Part shown: piece by piece, positions 33,002 to 41,896 of the stretch
Layout of the letters: every line of letters starts with the position of its first letter
How positions within the stretch are numbered: the first letter of the stretch is position 1
Virus record (IMG/VR): IMGVR_UViG_3300020049_016424
Location: 64,001 to 128,000 of that record
From: a virus
Lineage: Duplodnaviria; Caudoviricetes
Direction: 5' to 3' (one strand)
Length of the DNA stretch: 64,000 nt
Position numbers and translations under genes: made by a program
Notes under the pieces: generated by a model
Database searches by the model: none
What the model was told of the DNA's origin: nothing
What the model saw: the letters and a program-made list of their open reading frames with translations, nothing else

Positions 33002-36000
33002 TTATACGACGAATGCGTCCTCCTTCAACATCGTGAGGAGCTCTTGCTCTTCTACGACGCCCTCATCGATCTCTTGCCACAGGTGCTCGAGCCGGCCTGC
33101 GTTCTGCTGCAGATACTTCTCGAGCGGCATGAGCTCGCCGTAGGACGGTCCGACTTCCATGTCCATCTTGAACGGCACTGGGAGCCAGGGGTACTTCTCT
33201 TTGACCCGCGTTTCTCCGTAGTAGGCGAGCCAGGGCTGCAGGCTCTTGAGCAGGCGTTTGGGCCACTGCAGCACCAGCGAGTCGTGCACCGTCAGCAAGA
33301 GCCGCACGCCGTAGGTGTGCAGCGGACGGTGGATGCCCCATTCGGGCCAGGTCTGGTCACTTCGAATGATTTCATCGATCTCGACCAGGCGGTCGATGAC
33401 GATGTCGCTCGAGGTGCTCTGGATCTTGAAGTTGCCGGCCTGGCGCTGGGCGCGGCTGCGATGCCGCGACACCTTTACGAGCGGGAATCGCCGACGACGC
33501 CCGAAGAACGTCTCGACGTACTGATCTCGCGCAACGAGGAAGTGCGTCTCTTCGATGTACTCTTTGATGGCAGGGAACATCCGGAAGAGCAGGTCGATGA
33601 CATCCTGCGCCTCTTTCACGTCCTTGCCGATCGTCTCTGCGATCTTGTTCGCACCCGCACCGTAGAGGATGCCGAAGACGGTGCGCTTGATCTGGGTGCG
33701 AAGGGTGTCGAGCAGCTTCCGGTAGGCCGGGTCGGGGAGGAGGTCCTCTCGTCCGCGGTTCTCGAAGTCCTCGTACGGGTGCCCGAAGACCGTCGACGCG
33801 AAGAACGAGTGCATGTCGAGGCCGTTGTTGAGCGCCTCGATCAGCTTCGGGTCACGGGCATAGGCCGTGAATACCCGCACCTCGGCGCCTTTGTAGTCGG
33901 CGTTGACGACGACGAACTCGTCGGGGTCGTCTGAGATGAACAGCTTCTTGATCGAGAAGCCGCCGAGCTTGCTCGGGGTGTTCTGCAGGTTCTGGTCGGA
34001 GCTCGAAAGGCGTCCGGTGCCCGTACCGTTGATGTGGAACGAGGTGTGGAGTTTGCCGTCGCGCTTCGAGAGCACGCGCGTATTCACGAGGAACGTGTCG
34101 CGGGCCTTCAGCGCCTTCTTGTACAAGAAGAGCTGCTCGAGGAAATAGCTCTCCTTGCGCAGCACCTTCGTCGGCTTGCCTCGTTCGTCCCGCGCCGTGC
34201 CGTCGTCGTACACGATGTAGGGCATGAGCGCCTTCGCAGCGGTGCTCTCGGCGCCCTTCTTCGTCAGCTCCCGGCACTCGACCGGCGCCATTTGCGTGCC
34301 GTCCGGGTGGGTCCAGCGCGCATGGTAAAGCAGCCAGGCGAGGTGTGCGCCGCTGTTGATGTTGAAGGGAGCGCCGTTGACGTAGTGCGTCGGAGCCATC
34401 TTCACGAGCTCGGTCTTGGTGCGCTCGATGACCTCGGTGAGGCCCTTCTCGAGGACCTCGGCGTACTCGAGATCGATGCGCATCCCGTAGTACTCCATGC
34501 GTCCAAGGGCGCGGGAGGCGGGGATGCCGTGACTCTGCATGAGTTTGCGCGTGTTCGAGGCGAGCCCCTTGGCGCGGACCATGCGCCGGGCGTCGACCTC
34601 TCGGATGCGCTCGGTGCGGAGCAGCGTGGCGACCGACGCGTCCTCGGCCTCTCTGCGGAGCCGCTCGCCCTGCAGGAGGGTGAGCTGCCGTGTCACGTCG
34701 CCGTCGACCGCGCCATAGATCTGAAGCTCGCGCAGGGGCACCTTCTCGAACCCGGCGTCGGTCGTGAAGTCGCGTTCCTTCTTCGTCCGCGGGTCTTTGG
34801 GCTCCTCGGGGGCCTTGGCCAGCCGGGCAGGCTTCGCAGGCCGCGTCGACATCAGCAGGGGCTTCGGCGCTGGCTGGTAGGCCTCCCAGGCGCCCAGCGC
34901 CGCGTCATAGGCTTGCAAGGCCTGCGCGTACGCTGCGTCCGTTTCCTCGGTAGCCTCGCGCGCAGGCAGTTTCTTCGGCTTCTCTGGGCGCTTGCCCCGT
35001 TTGGGCAACGCCTCCCAGCCGGCAAGCGCGTCTCGGTACGTCGCCACTGTTGCCGCGTGCGCCGCGACCTGCTCTTCGTAGCGCGCCATCTCCTCGTCCC
35101 ACGCGGCCTTCTCGACCTCGAAGGCCTGCAGCGCCGCGAGGTGCACCTGCAGCGCCTCGAGATACGCCGTATGCTCGAACGCCGGCATGGCACTGAGGGT
35201 GTCGAGCTTGTCCGAAAGCAGGGCGTACTCGGACTCGTCGACGGTCTCGAGGATGTCGAAGAGCTTGTCCTCGTACCCGCAGAAATGCGGCAGCCACACC
35301 GCAGTGAGGGCCTTGAGTCCGTAGTTGCCCTTCTTGTCCTCGTCGAGGAGGTGCTCGCCGACGAGGGTGCACCAACGCACGTTACGCACCGGCATGCCGT
35401 AGCGGAGTTCGATGAACTTGAGATCGAACTTCGCGTTGTGCAGCGTCTTGGGCTTCGGGGACGCGAGCAGCTCCCGAATCTTGACCTCGAGCTCGGGAAG
35501 ACGGTCAAGATACTCGGGGGGCGCGTGGGGGTGGTCGAAGAGAATGGTTGCCGACTGGTGCTTGTCCCAAGCGAAGCAGAACGCGATGATCTTCGAGTCC
35601 GGCTTCTCCGCGCGCAGCGTTGTCGTCTCGGTGTCGATGCTCAGCAGCTGCGCGTCCTTCGCGTCGCCACCGTAGTCGAGGATCTCTTGGACGACTTCGA
35701 GAGCCTCATCCATGTCGACAGGCGTGCGGTAGAGCTTCGTGAGCTCCTCGAGCGACGTCGTGAGCCCGTGCCCACGCTCGAGCCGTTCGTAGCCGTTGAT
35801 GAGGTCCTGCTTGAACGTCTCGTAGAGTCCTTGCGCGGCCGTCAGCGCCTTCTCGGAGAAGGTGACGAGCACGGGGGCGGAGAGCCCCGTCGCCTCGGGC
35901 TCGAGCACCCGGCCGCGCACGTCCGTGTGCTTCGACAAGATGCCGAGCTGCTTGAGCGCGGTGGCGCCGAACGCGACGATCAGCCGCGGCGTCACTTCTT

Positions 36001-36349
36001 CTACGACTTCCTTCAGCCGGGGCGCACAGGCGCGCAGGCAGGCGGCCGTGGGCTTTTCGTCGGGGTTCGCCGGAGCGCATTGCACAGCAGGCGCGATGCG
36101 GCGCGTGTACTTCTGGAAGGCCCGGTGAGCCTTGAAGATCTCGAAGAACGTCGTGCTCATCACGCTGGCGGTGGCGCCGGCGCTGCCGAAGTCCGCGGTG
36201 ACGATGTCAGAAGCCTCAGGCTGCGTGAACACCATCAAGATGTCCGCGTGAAGCGTGTCTTTTCGAACAGGGAGGGAGACCCGCGTGCGTCCGCACTCGA
36301 GGCGCGGACAGGCGGCACACTTTGGGGGTTTCTGCATAGGGAGGTTCAT
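33002..36349 (-). CDS. polA: family A DNA polymerase with N-terminal UDG-family-4-like domain
   Basis: Exo I SIDTET, Exo II HNAKFD, Exo III YGAVD; TGRLSS..NLQN; motif A ADYKGAEVR, B RTQIKRTVFGILYG, C TVHDS; N-term CAAC...QCAP...C...LIVAFGATA...RGR. Confidence 0.92.
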   Translation of the reverse strand: MNLPMQKPPKCAACPRLECGRTRVSLPVRKDTLHADILMVFTQPEASDIVTADFGSAGATASVMSTTFFEIFKAHRAFQKYTRRIAPAVQCAPANPDEKPTAACLRACAPRLKEVVEEVTPRLIVAFGATALKQLGILSKHTDVRGRVLEPEATGLSAPVLVTFSEKALTAAQGLYETFKQDLINGYERLERGHGLTTSLEELTKLYRTPVDMDEALEVVQEILDYGGDAKDAQLLSIDTETTTLRAEKPDSKIIAFCFAWDKHQSATILFDHPHAPPEYLDRLPELEVKIRELLASPKPKTLHNAKFDLKFIELRYGMPVRNVRWCTLVGEHLLDEDKKGNYGLKALTAVWLPHFCGYEDKLFDILETVDESEYALLSDKLDTLSAMPAFEHTAYLEALQVHLAALQAFEVEKAAWDEEMARYEEQVAAHAATVATYRDALAGWEALPKRGKRPEKPKKLPAREATEETDAAYAQALQAYDAALGAWEAYQPAPKPLLMSTRPAKPARLAKAPEEPKDPRTKKERDFTTDAGFEKVPLRELQIYGAVDGDVTRQLTLLQGERLRREAEDASVATLLRTERIREVDARRMVRAKGLASNTRKLMQSHGIPASRALGRMEYYGMRIDLEYAEVLEKGLTEVIERTKTELVKMAPTHYVNGAPFNINSGAHLAWLLYHARWTHPDGTQMAPVECRELTKKGAESTAAKALMPYIVYDDGTARDERGKPTKVLRKESYFLEQLFLYKKALKARDTFLVNTRVLSKRDGKLHTSFHINGTGTGRLSSSDQNLQNTPSKLGGFSIKKLFISDDPDEFVVVNADYKGAEVRVFTAYARDPKLIEALNNGLDMHSFFASTVFGHPYEDFENRGREDLLPDPAYRKLLDTLRTQIKRTVFGILYGAGANKIAETIGKDVKEAQDVIDLLFRMFPAIKEYIEETHFLVARDQYVETFFGRRRRFPLVKVSRHRSRAQRQAGNFKIQSTSSDIVIDRLVEIDEIIRSDQTWPEWGIHRPLHTYGVRLLLTVHDSLVLQWPKRLLKSLQPWLAYYGETRVKEKYPWLPVPFKMDMEVGPSYGELMPLEKYLQQNAGRLEHLWQEIDEGVVEEQELLTMLKEDAFVV

Positions 36350-36361
36350 AGAGAAAGGGGG

Positions 36362-37174
36362 TTAGTTATCCAGGCCTTCTACCACAACTTTGGGCTCTCT
36401 TGGGACGCGCTCGGGGATCACAGCGACGTCACACAGTTGCTTGTAGTCGCAGAACTGGCAGGCCTTTTTGGAGGGTTTGGGTTCGTACTCACGCAGACCT
36501 TCTGCGCGGTCTTTGAGTACCTTCAGCAGCCGCGGCTTGTATAGCTCCTTGATGCGGTTCGCGGGGTATGGCGGAGTCCACTCTACCTTCTCGAACGCTA
36601 CGTAGTGCAGCGCCACCTGCACAGACCGCAGGTTGGGGATGTGCGCCTGCGCGAGCACCGCGTACGTCTCGAGCTGCAGCGCGTAGTAGTCGGGCGGCCG
36701 GAGCCTCCCGCTCTTGTGGTCGATGATGAGAACTCTCCCTCCACCGAGGACGAACGTGAGATCGAGAGCGCCGCGGAAGAGCGCGGCAGGGTCGTCGTAG
36801 CCGCAAGGTTTGTAGTCGTGGCCGATCGCCCACTGTTGTTCGAGCAGCATCTGCTCGACGGGCTGCTTGTCTTTGAAGCCATCGATACGGTTCAGGAATG
36901 CGATGATGGGCGGCAAGAGCTTACGCACCGACCGCTCTTCGGTCGTGGTGAGGCTCGGAAACTCCACGATAGACTCTTCGAGGGCTTGCAGTGGCGGCGT
37001 CCCCGCGAGAGCCTTCTCGAGCACTCGGTGCCCTACCGTGCCTACCTTGGCCGCAGAGCCTTCGTGACGGGGCTGTTTGTCGACGTAACGGTACTTGAAC
37101 GCCCGGGGGCATCGCCCTGCGAGATCGCTCTTGCTGTGAGACCAAGGCGCATGGTTGTTGTAGTGGTCAGCCAT
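36362..37174 (-). CDS. PD-(D/E)XK Cas4/RecB-like exonuclease
   Basis: WSHSK...CPRAF, GTVGH, RGALDL, IIDHKSG, QLETY, CQFCDYKQLC. Confidence 0.85.
   Translation of the reverse strand: MADHYNNHAPWSHSKSDLAGRCPRAFKYRYVDKQPRHEGSAAKVGTVGHRVLEKALAGTPPLQALEESIVEFPSLTTTEERSVRKLLPPIIAFLNRIDGFKDKQPVEQMLLEQQWAIGHDYKPCGYDDPAALFRGALDLTFVLGGGRVLIIDHKSGRLRPPDYYALQLETYAVLAQAHIPNLRSVQVALHYVAFEKVEWTPPYPANRIKELYKPRLLKVLKDRAEGLREYEPKPSKKACQFCDYKQLCDVAVIPERVPREPKVVVEGLDN
36376..36404 (-). promoter_or_regulatory. putative phage promoter CCCAAG-N15-GGTAGAAG
   Basis: Copy of the bipartite motif 26 nt upstream of the polymerase ATG. Confidence 0.55.
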
Positions 37175-37272
37175 AGCCACACAGTCTATAGGGCTTTGGG
37201 CTAAAAAGAAAGCCCCATGCACCCCTTTTTAGGGGGTACACAGGGCGTTCCTCGCTGCAGGCTATCTGCGGC

Positions 37273-38220
37273 TCAGAGCGTGCCCTCGAGATCGCCGTTG
37301 CCGTCCTTGCCGCTGCCGGCTCCGATGGCGTGGGTGGCCCCGTAGGCCTCACGTCGCGCGACGGCCAGGTCGTACTTCGCCTTCACCAGGGCGCCCAGCG
37401 CCGCGGCTCCCGCGAAGGATCCTCCCGAGACCTTCACGCCGGTGGGCTTGACCTTCGGAACGAAGTACTCCTGCCCGTTCGAGTTCTTGTCCTTGTCGAC
37501 GGAGAGCTCCAGCACCGTCGCCCAGGTCGCAGGCGCCTGGTAGAACCGCTGGAAGGTCTTGCCGGTCTTCGCGGCGGTCTTGGCGAAGTTGAACGAGTAC
37601 ACCCCCGAGAAGTCCTCGAGCACCGCCGTGATGCCCCAGCCGCTCGAGCACTCGCTCTTCGCACCGTCGTCCCAGCGCGAGTACGGGCAGGCCTGGCACT
37701 CGCCGTACTTGCTGCCGTACTTGCCGTCGTTCGAGCTGCACTCCGGCGTCTCGCTGTTGGCGACGAAACGCGTACGCTTGCGGTGCTGGTGCAGCACGAT
37801 CAAACGCAGGGTGTTCCCGAGCGTCTTGCCCTGGCTCGAGTAGTACATACCCGGCTTGCAGTCGTCCGGCACCTTGTCGGCCTTCGTCATGGCCTGGCGG
37901 ATGTTGGCGGCAGGGACCGATGCGCCGCGGCTCGACTCGAGACCCTCGATGTGGGTCGCCGCGTAGGTCTGCATCTCGAGCAGGTGATCCTTGAGATCGG
38001 GGTACTGCTCGGCGGCGACCGCGAGGGCCTCGCCGGCAGCCATGATGCGTGTCTCGAAGGCCGATGCGTCGAACTGCACGTTGGGGCGTGCGAGGCTCGT
38101 ACCGGGGGCGGCCCCCGTGGGTGCGAGCTCGAGGCTCTCCGACTCGACGAGTTCCGGAGTGCTGATCTCGATGTCCGCGTCTTCGGACGGCGCAGGGGTC
38201 TTGGTGTTCTTCGTGCTCAT
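37273..38220 (-). CDS. putative ssDNA-binding/recombination protein with Zn motif
   Basis: CSSNDG...CQACPYSRW...C, acidic ends, located in the replication cluster; function inferred. Confidence 0.55.
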   Translation of the reverse strand: MSTKNTKTPAPSEDADIEISTPELVESESLELAPTGAAPGTSLARPNVQFDASAFETRIMAAGEALAVAAEQYPDLKDHLLEMQTYAATHIEGLESSRGASVPAANIRQAMTKADKVPDDCKPGMYYSSQGKTLGNTLRLIVLHQHRKRTRFVANSETPECSSNDGKYGSKYGECQACPYSRWDDGAKSECSSGWGITAVLEDFSGVYSFNFAKTAAKTGKTFQRFYQAPATWATVLELSVDKDKNSNGQEYFVPKVKPTGVKVSGGSFAGAAALGALVKAKYDLAVARREAYGATHAIGAGSGKDGNGDLEGTL

Positions 38221-38293
38221 AGGCGTCTCTCACAGGGTAGGTAGAACTTGCAGGAGGGCTCCGGAGGCCCCATGCCCCCGTGGCCCATTCGGG

Positions 38294-39499
38294 TCACTTC
38301 TTGGGCTTCTTGGGGGCCTTCGGGGCCTTGGCTGCCTTCTCCTTCTTCGGCTTCTCGGCCTTGGGAGCCTTGGCTGCCTTCTCCTTCTTCGGTTTCTCGG
38401 CCTTGGGAGCCTTGGAGGCCTTCGCGGGCTTCTCGGCCTTGGGCGGCTTCGGAGCCTTGGGGGCCTCCGTGGGCTTCTCGGCCTTGGGCGGCTTCGGAGC
38501 CTTGGCCTTCTTCGGCTTCGAGGCCTTCTTGGCCGCCTTCTCGGCCTTCGCCGCGGCCTTGGCCTCCGCCTCGGCCAGCGCCTGCTCGGCCGCAGAGGCC
38601 TCCTTGACGGTGACGTAGGTCTGGCTGATCGAGAGCTTCTCGAAGGTGAGTTCGCCGTTCATGACCTTGAAGGCCGCCGCGAGCGCGTTGTAGAAGTCGC
38701 GCTCCTTCGCCGTCTTGGCCGTGTGCGCACGCACGTAGACGTGGGGCACGAAGCCCGCCAGCGTCTGCCGCGACGGCTTGCCCGTGTTCGCGTACTCGCG
38801 CTTCTTGCCCTTGGCCTTCACGTCGGCCTTGAGCGCCTTGCGCGCCTCCTTCTTGCTGCCGCCCGCCGCCTGGACCTGCGCGCTGAACGCCTTGAAGGCC
38901 GCCGCCTGGGCATCGTCGTCGAGGGTGACGAACTGCACGAGGTCGTGCGTGTAGAGCTCGCCCGCCCGCCACGCGTCGTGGATCTCGGGGATGAGCTTCT
39001 GGAAGCTCAGCAGCTCGGCGACACGCGGCTGTTGGATGCGCAGGACGCTCGCGATCTCGTACTGATCTTGGTACTGCGACCGCTTCACGGCTTCGAGGTA
39101 GTACTCGTACGGCGTGAGCTTCTGTCGGTGCGTGTTCGAGATCACCGCGGTGTCGCGGAGCTCGCCGGCGTCGCCCGCGGTCTCGTTGATGCTCAGCTTG
39201 CCGTTCGAGACGATCTCCTCGAACGCGGCGACCTCGTCGGGGTCCGTGCTGTTGCGCAACAGCTCGAGCGCGGTGTAGCGATGCATCCCGTCGACGACGA
39301 GCCACACCTCCTCGCCCATGCCGTCGTCGCCCGGACGCACCGTGAAGACGCACTTGATCTCTTCGAGCAGGCCGCGACTCTTGCCGGCGACCTTCTGCAG
39401 CATGCTCGCCTTCAGCTCCTGGACGAACTCCGGGTTGATGGCGCGGTGGTTCGTCGCGTACTCGCAGACGATCGACTTGTAGGGAACCTTCTTCGACAT
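38294..39499 (-). CDS. ParB-like protein with C-terminal histone H1-like KAPK repeats
   Basis: GLLEEI...WLVVDGMHRYTAL, ISNTHRQKLTPYE, HTH-like QYEIASVLRIQQPRV; KAPKAEKPKKEKAA repeats. Confidence 0.8.
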   Translation of the reverse strand: MSKKVPYKSIVCEYATNHRAINPEFVQELKASMLQKVAGKSRGLLEEIKCVFTVRPGDDGMGEEVWLVVDGMHRYTALELLRNSTDPDEVAAFEEIVSNGKLSINETAGDAGELRDTAVISNTHRQKLTPYEYYLEAVKRSQYQDQYEIASVLRIQQPRVAELLSFQKLIPEIHDAWRAGELYTHDLVQFVTLDDDAQAAAFKAFSAQVQAAGGSKKEARKALKADVKAKGKKREYANTGKPSRQTLAGFVPHVYVRAHTAKTAKERDFYNALAAAFKVMNGELTFEKLSISQTYVTVKEASAAEQALAEAEAKAAAKAEKAAKKASKPKKAKAPKPPKAEKPTEAPKAPKPPKAEKPAKASKAPKAEKPKKEKAAKAPKAEKPKKEKAAKAPKAPKKPKK

Positions 39500-39521
39500 A
39501 GAACTCACTCAGAGGTAGGGG

Positions 39522-39842
39522 TTACGCGGCCGATGCCGCACGAAAATGGAGAGACTTGAGGAACGACAGAATGGCGTGCAGATGTTGCTTGTAGTCGGGG
39601 TGATCTTTCATCAGTTGCCGCAGCAGCTTCTCGAGGTTCCGGAGCTCGTCCCGAAACCCCTCCGCGAAGGAGGGGGCTGCGAGAATGCCCGAGAGGAGAA
39701 CCAGCGCCTTCGACAAGACGCGCGCGGCAGGGTGACGGGCGTTGCGAAGGAGGACACTCCCTAGCAGCACAGCGGTTTGAGCAAGGATCTGGGTGGCAGG
39801 ATGCCCCCAGGCGGCACGTAGCTGATCTCTCGTAGGACGCAT
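39522..39842 (-). CDS. hypothetical protein
   Basis: ATG 39842 after GAGGGA; two hydrophobic helices. Confidence 0.55.
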   Translation of the reverse strand: MRPTRDQLRAAWGHPATQILAQTAVLLGSVLLRNARHPAARVLSKALVLLSGILAAPSFAEGFRDELRNLEKLLRQLMKDHPDYKQHLHAILSFLKSLHFRAASAA

Positions 39843-39869
39843 GTTCCCTCTCACGAGGGCCCAGGGCCC

Positions 39870-40040
39870 TCAGGAGTTCTCGGCGACGTCCCGCTTCGGG
39901 AGGCGTCGCACACCGGTAGGTTCCACCCCGTCGGTGCTGTGCGCGTCGGTCACGTCTCCATGGCGCGGGCAGTACGGGGCGCCATCGCGGACCTCCATGG
40001 GAGAGTCACAACGAGGGCAGCTGACGGCGTACTTGTCCAT
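39870..40040 (-). CDS. small zinc-ribbon protein (56 aa, below ORF-track cutoff)
   Basis: Hand-translated MDKYAVSCPRCDSPMEVRDGAPYCPRHG...; CxxC...CxxH. Confidence 0.65.
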   Translation of the reverse strand: MDKYAVSCPRCDSPMEVRDGAPYCPRHGDVTDAHSTDGVEPTGVRRLPKRDVAENS

Positions 40041-40141
40041 AGGAGACCTACTTGAGGAGAGGAGCGTTGAATGAGGCTTTGAGGGGAGCTTTGAGGGTAG
40101 CGGAGGGACAGGGGCGAGGGAAGGGGCGTAGGCCCCCTACC

Positions 40142-40504
40142 TCACTCCTTGGTCGGCGCGTCGGGCGCCGCGGCGGCCTCACGCGGGCCGCGCGTCTTCG
40201 GCTCCTTCAGCTCGAAGACGCGCTCCTGCAGGAGGTCGTTGATGAGCCGGTGGATGCCGTCGTCGTTCTTCGTGTGCACGGTCGGGAGGATGAACGTCTG
40301 GCCTCGGTACGAGATCACGAGGTCGGGTGCGCCCGCCCCGAGATCTTCGAAGCCCTTCTTGACGCTCGCCGCGGTGCGCGTCTTGAACTCCTGCTGGTCG
40401 ATGAACGTCTGCGCCTCGGCGAGAGGCAGCCGGACCGCGTAGTCCTTCTTCTTGCGCGAGCAGTGCATGGAGACGGAGACTTCGATCTTCGAGTTGTCGG
40501 TCAT
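40142..40504 (-). CDS. hypothetical protein
   Basis: 120 aa with strongly GC3-biased codons. Confidence 0.7.
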   Translation of the reverse strand: MTDNSKIEVSVSMHCSRKKKDYAVRLPLAEAQTFIDQQEFKTRTAASVKKGFEDLGAGAPDLVISYRGQTFILPTVHTKNDDGIHRLINDLLQERVFELKEPKTRGPREAAAAPDAPTKE

Positions 40505-40540
40505 GTCGTGACTTCTTTGCGTGTGAGGGGGGGTTCATGG

Positions 40541-40631
40541 ATTCAAGGAAGAAAGCGAGAGAGCGAGCAACCCGCGCGCTGAGTGGGTACGACGGGAAGA
40601 GGGACCCGCCCTCCCGCTTTCTTCCTTGAAT
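40541..40631 (-). ncRNA. 27-bp RNA stem-loop (processing site or small structured RNA)
   Basis: Arms 40541-40567 and 40605-40631; 24 Watson-Crick pairs plus 3 positions that are G-U only on the minus-strand RNA. Confidence 0.6.
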
Positions 40632-40638
40632 GATGCGA

Positions 40639-40971
40639 CTATTCGAGAAGTTTGTAGATGCTGTCGGCGAACTGTTTCAGTGAAGCACGGCCGAGTTCGA
40701 GCTGCAAGAGGCGCTCGCGCCCGTGGAAATCGCGCAGCAAGATCGTGGCGACTTCCTTCGGGGCATGCTCAGGGTCGTCGCTCCAGGCGACGACGAGCCG
40801 TGCGTTCGGGTGCAGAGTCGTGGCGTTCTTCCACACGCGAGCGAGCAGGTAGAGCTCCTGCTGGTGCAGGGGCACCGGAGTCGTGATCGCTTCCCGGATG
40901 TGCGCGGGGAGCTTCGACAGGTCTGCGCGCTGCGGCGAGGGCTTCTGGTATTTGTGTGGAAGTTCGGGCAT
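40639..40971 (-). CDS. hypothetical protein
   Basis: 110 aa, tightly packed in the minus-strand operon. Confidence 0.65.
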   Translation of the reverse strand: MPELPHKYQKPSPQRADLSKLPAHIREAITTPVPLHQQELYLLARVWKNATTLHPNARLVVAWSDDPEHAPKEVATILLRDFHGRERLLQLELGRASLKQFADSIYKLLE

Positions 40972-40976
40972 GGGAC

Positions 40977-41264
40977 TCAGTTCGGGTCAGGACGGTCGTC
41001 ACCGCACAGCGCCCGGAGCCACCGCCAGGGGCTCATGGCCAGGTACCCGCGCACCGTGTGCACCGGCACGCGGGTACTCACCTCGAGCAGCACCATGCCG
41101 TTCGCAGGGTCCTGGCGGATGCGCCGCGAGCCTGTGCTCGTGGGCATGACGAAACTACCGTCGCGGTCTTCGTAGGCGCGAGGCACGCGCCGTGCTGCAG
41201 CTGCGAAGGTGTCCCAGTGGGTCATGGGCTCAGTGTCGTTGATGCGGAAACGGTGCGCAAGCAT
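40977..41264 (-). CDS. hypothetical protein
   Basis: ATG 41264 just after the upstream stop. Confidence 0.55.
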   Translation of the reverse strand: MLAHRFRINDTEPMTHWDTFAAAARRVPRAYEDRDGSFVMPTSTGSRRIRQDPANGMVLLEVSTRVPVHTVRGYLAMSPWRWLRALCGDDRPDPN

Positions 41265-41278
41265 AAGGTTCGATCGGG

Positions 41279-41896
41279 TCAGTTGAGAGAGTGCTTTTCG
41301 GGGGTTTCGTTCGGGGTCACGGAGTAGGCCCCCGGCATGGTCTCCGCGGTGCTCACGAAGTCCTCGAGCTCGGCCTCGGCAACGCCGGGGAACGCGCCGC
41401 ACTCGACGAGCGTCTCGATGGCGCAGACGGCGCCCTGGTAGGCCCCCGTGACGACGTGCTTGGGGAGGGCAACCTCGCCTGTGGCATCGTACTGCGCGTC
41501 CGTGAGCGCGAGCACGAGCGTCTGCATGATCAACGTGTGCACCTCACGCAAGCGCCCCTGCCCTTCGACGAGGGAGATCGTGGCCGCGTCCGGGTCGCAG
41601 CAGCCGAGGTACTCGAGGTCGTCCTGTGTGGGCAGCGCGGCCTCACGTTTCACCGTGAAGCCCCCTCCGAGTGCGACGACCTGTGGCAGCTTCAGAATCG
41701 GCTCGTCGGGCGAGAGCGTTCGATCGGCGGCTTCTGCGATCTCGAGGCGCCCGAGCAGCTGCACGAGGCGCGCAGGAGAGGCTGCTGCGAAGAATGCGGC
41801 ACGAGCTTCCGGGGAGACGTGAGGGTTCGTCTGCCACGTCTCCGGGTCTCCCAGAGCCAACAACGCGTTTTTCAGATCCTCGAACAGGTTGCTCAT
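41279..41896 (-). CDS. hypothetical protein
   Basis: ATG 41896 in ATGA overlap; AAFFAAASPARLVQLL segment. Confidence 0.65.
   Translation of the reverse strand: MSNLFEDLKNALLALGDPETWQTNPHVSPEARAAFFAAASPARLVQLLGRLEIAEAADRTLSPDEPILKLPQVVALGGGFTVKREAALPTQDDLEYLGCCDPDAATISLVEGQGRLREVHTLIMQTLVLALTDAQYDATGEVALPKHVVTGAYQGAVCAIETLVECGAFPGVAEAELEDFVSTAETMPGAYSVTPNETPEKHSLN

Noticed and set aside
34034-36544. Long antisense or alternate-frame ORFs (34034-36544, 37991-39559, 49828-52191, 60635-62503, 60864-63098, 15632-17539)
   Set aside because: Shadow frames of GC3-rich genes with no motifs; only the last 100 codons of 15632-17539 are a real MKH unit.
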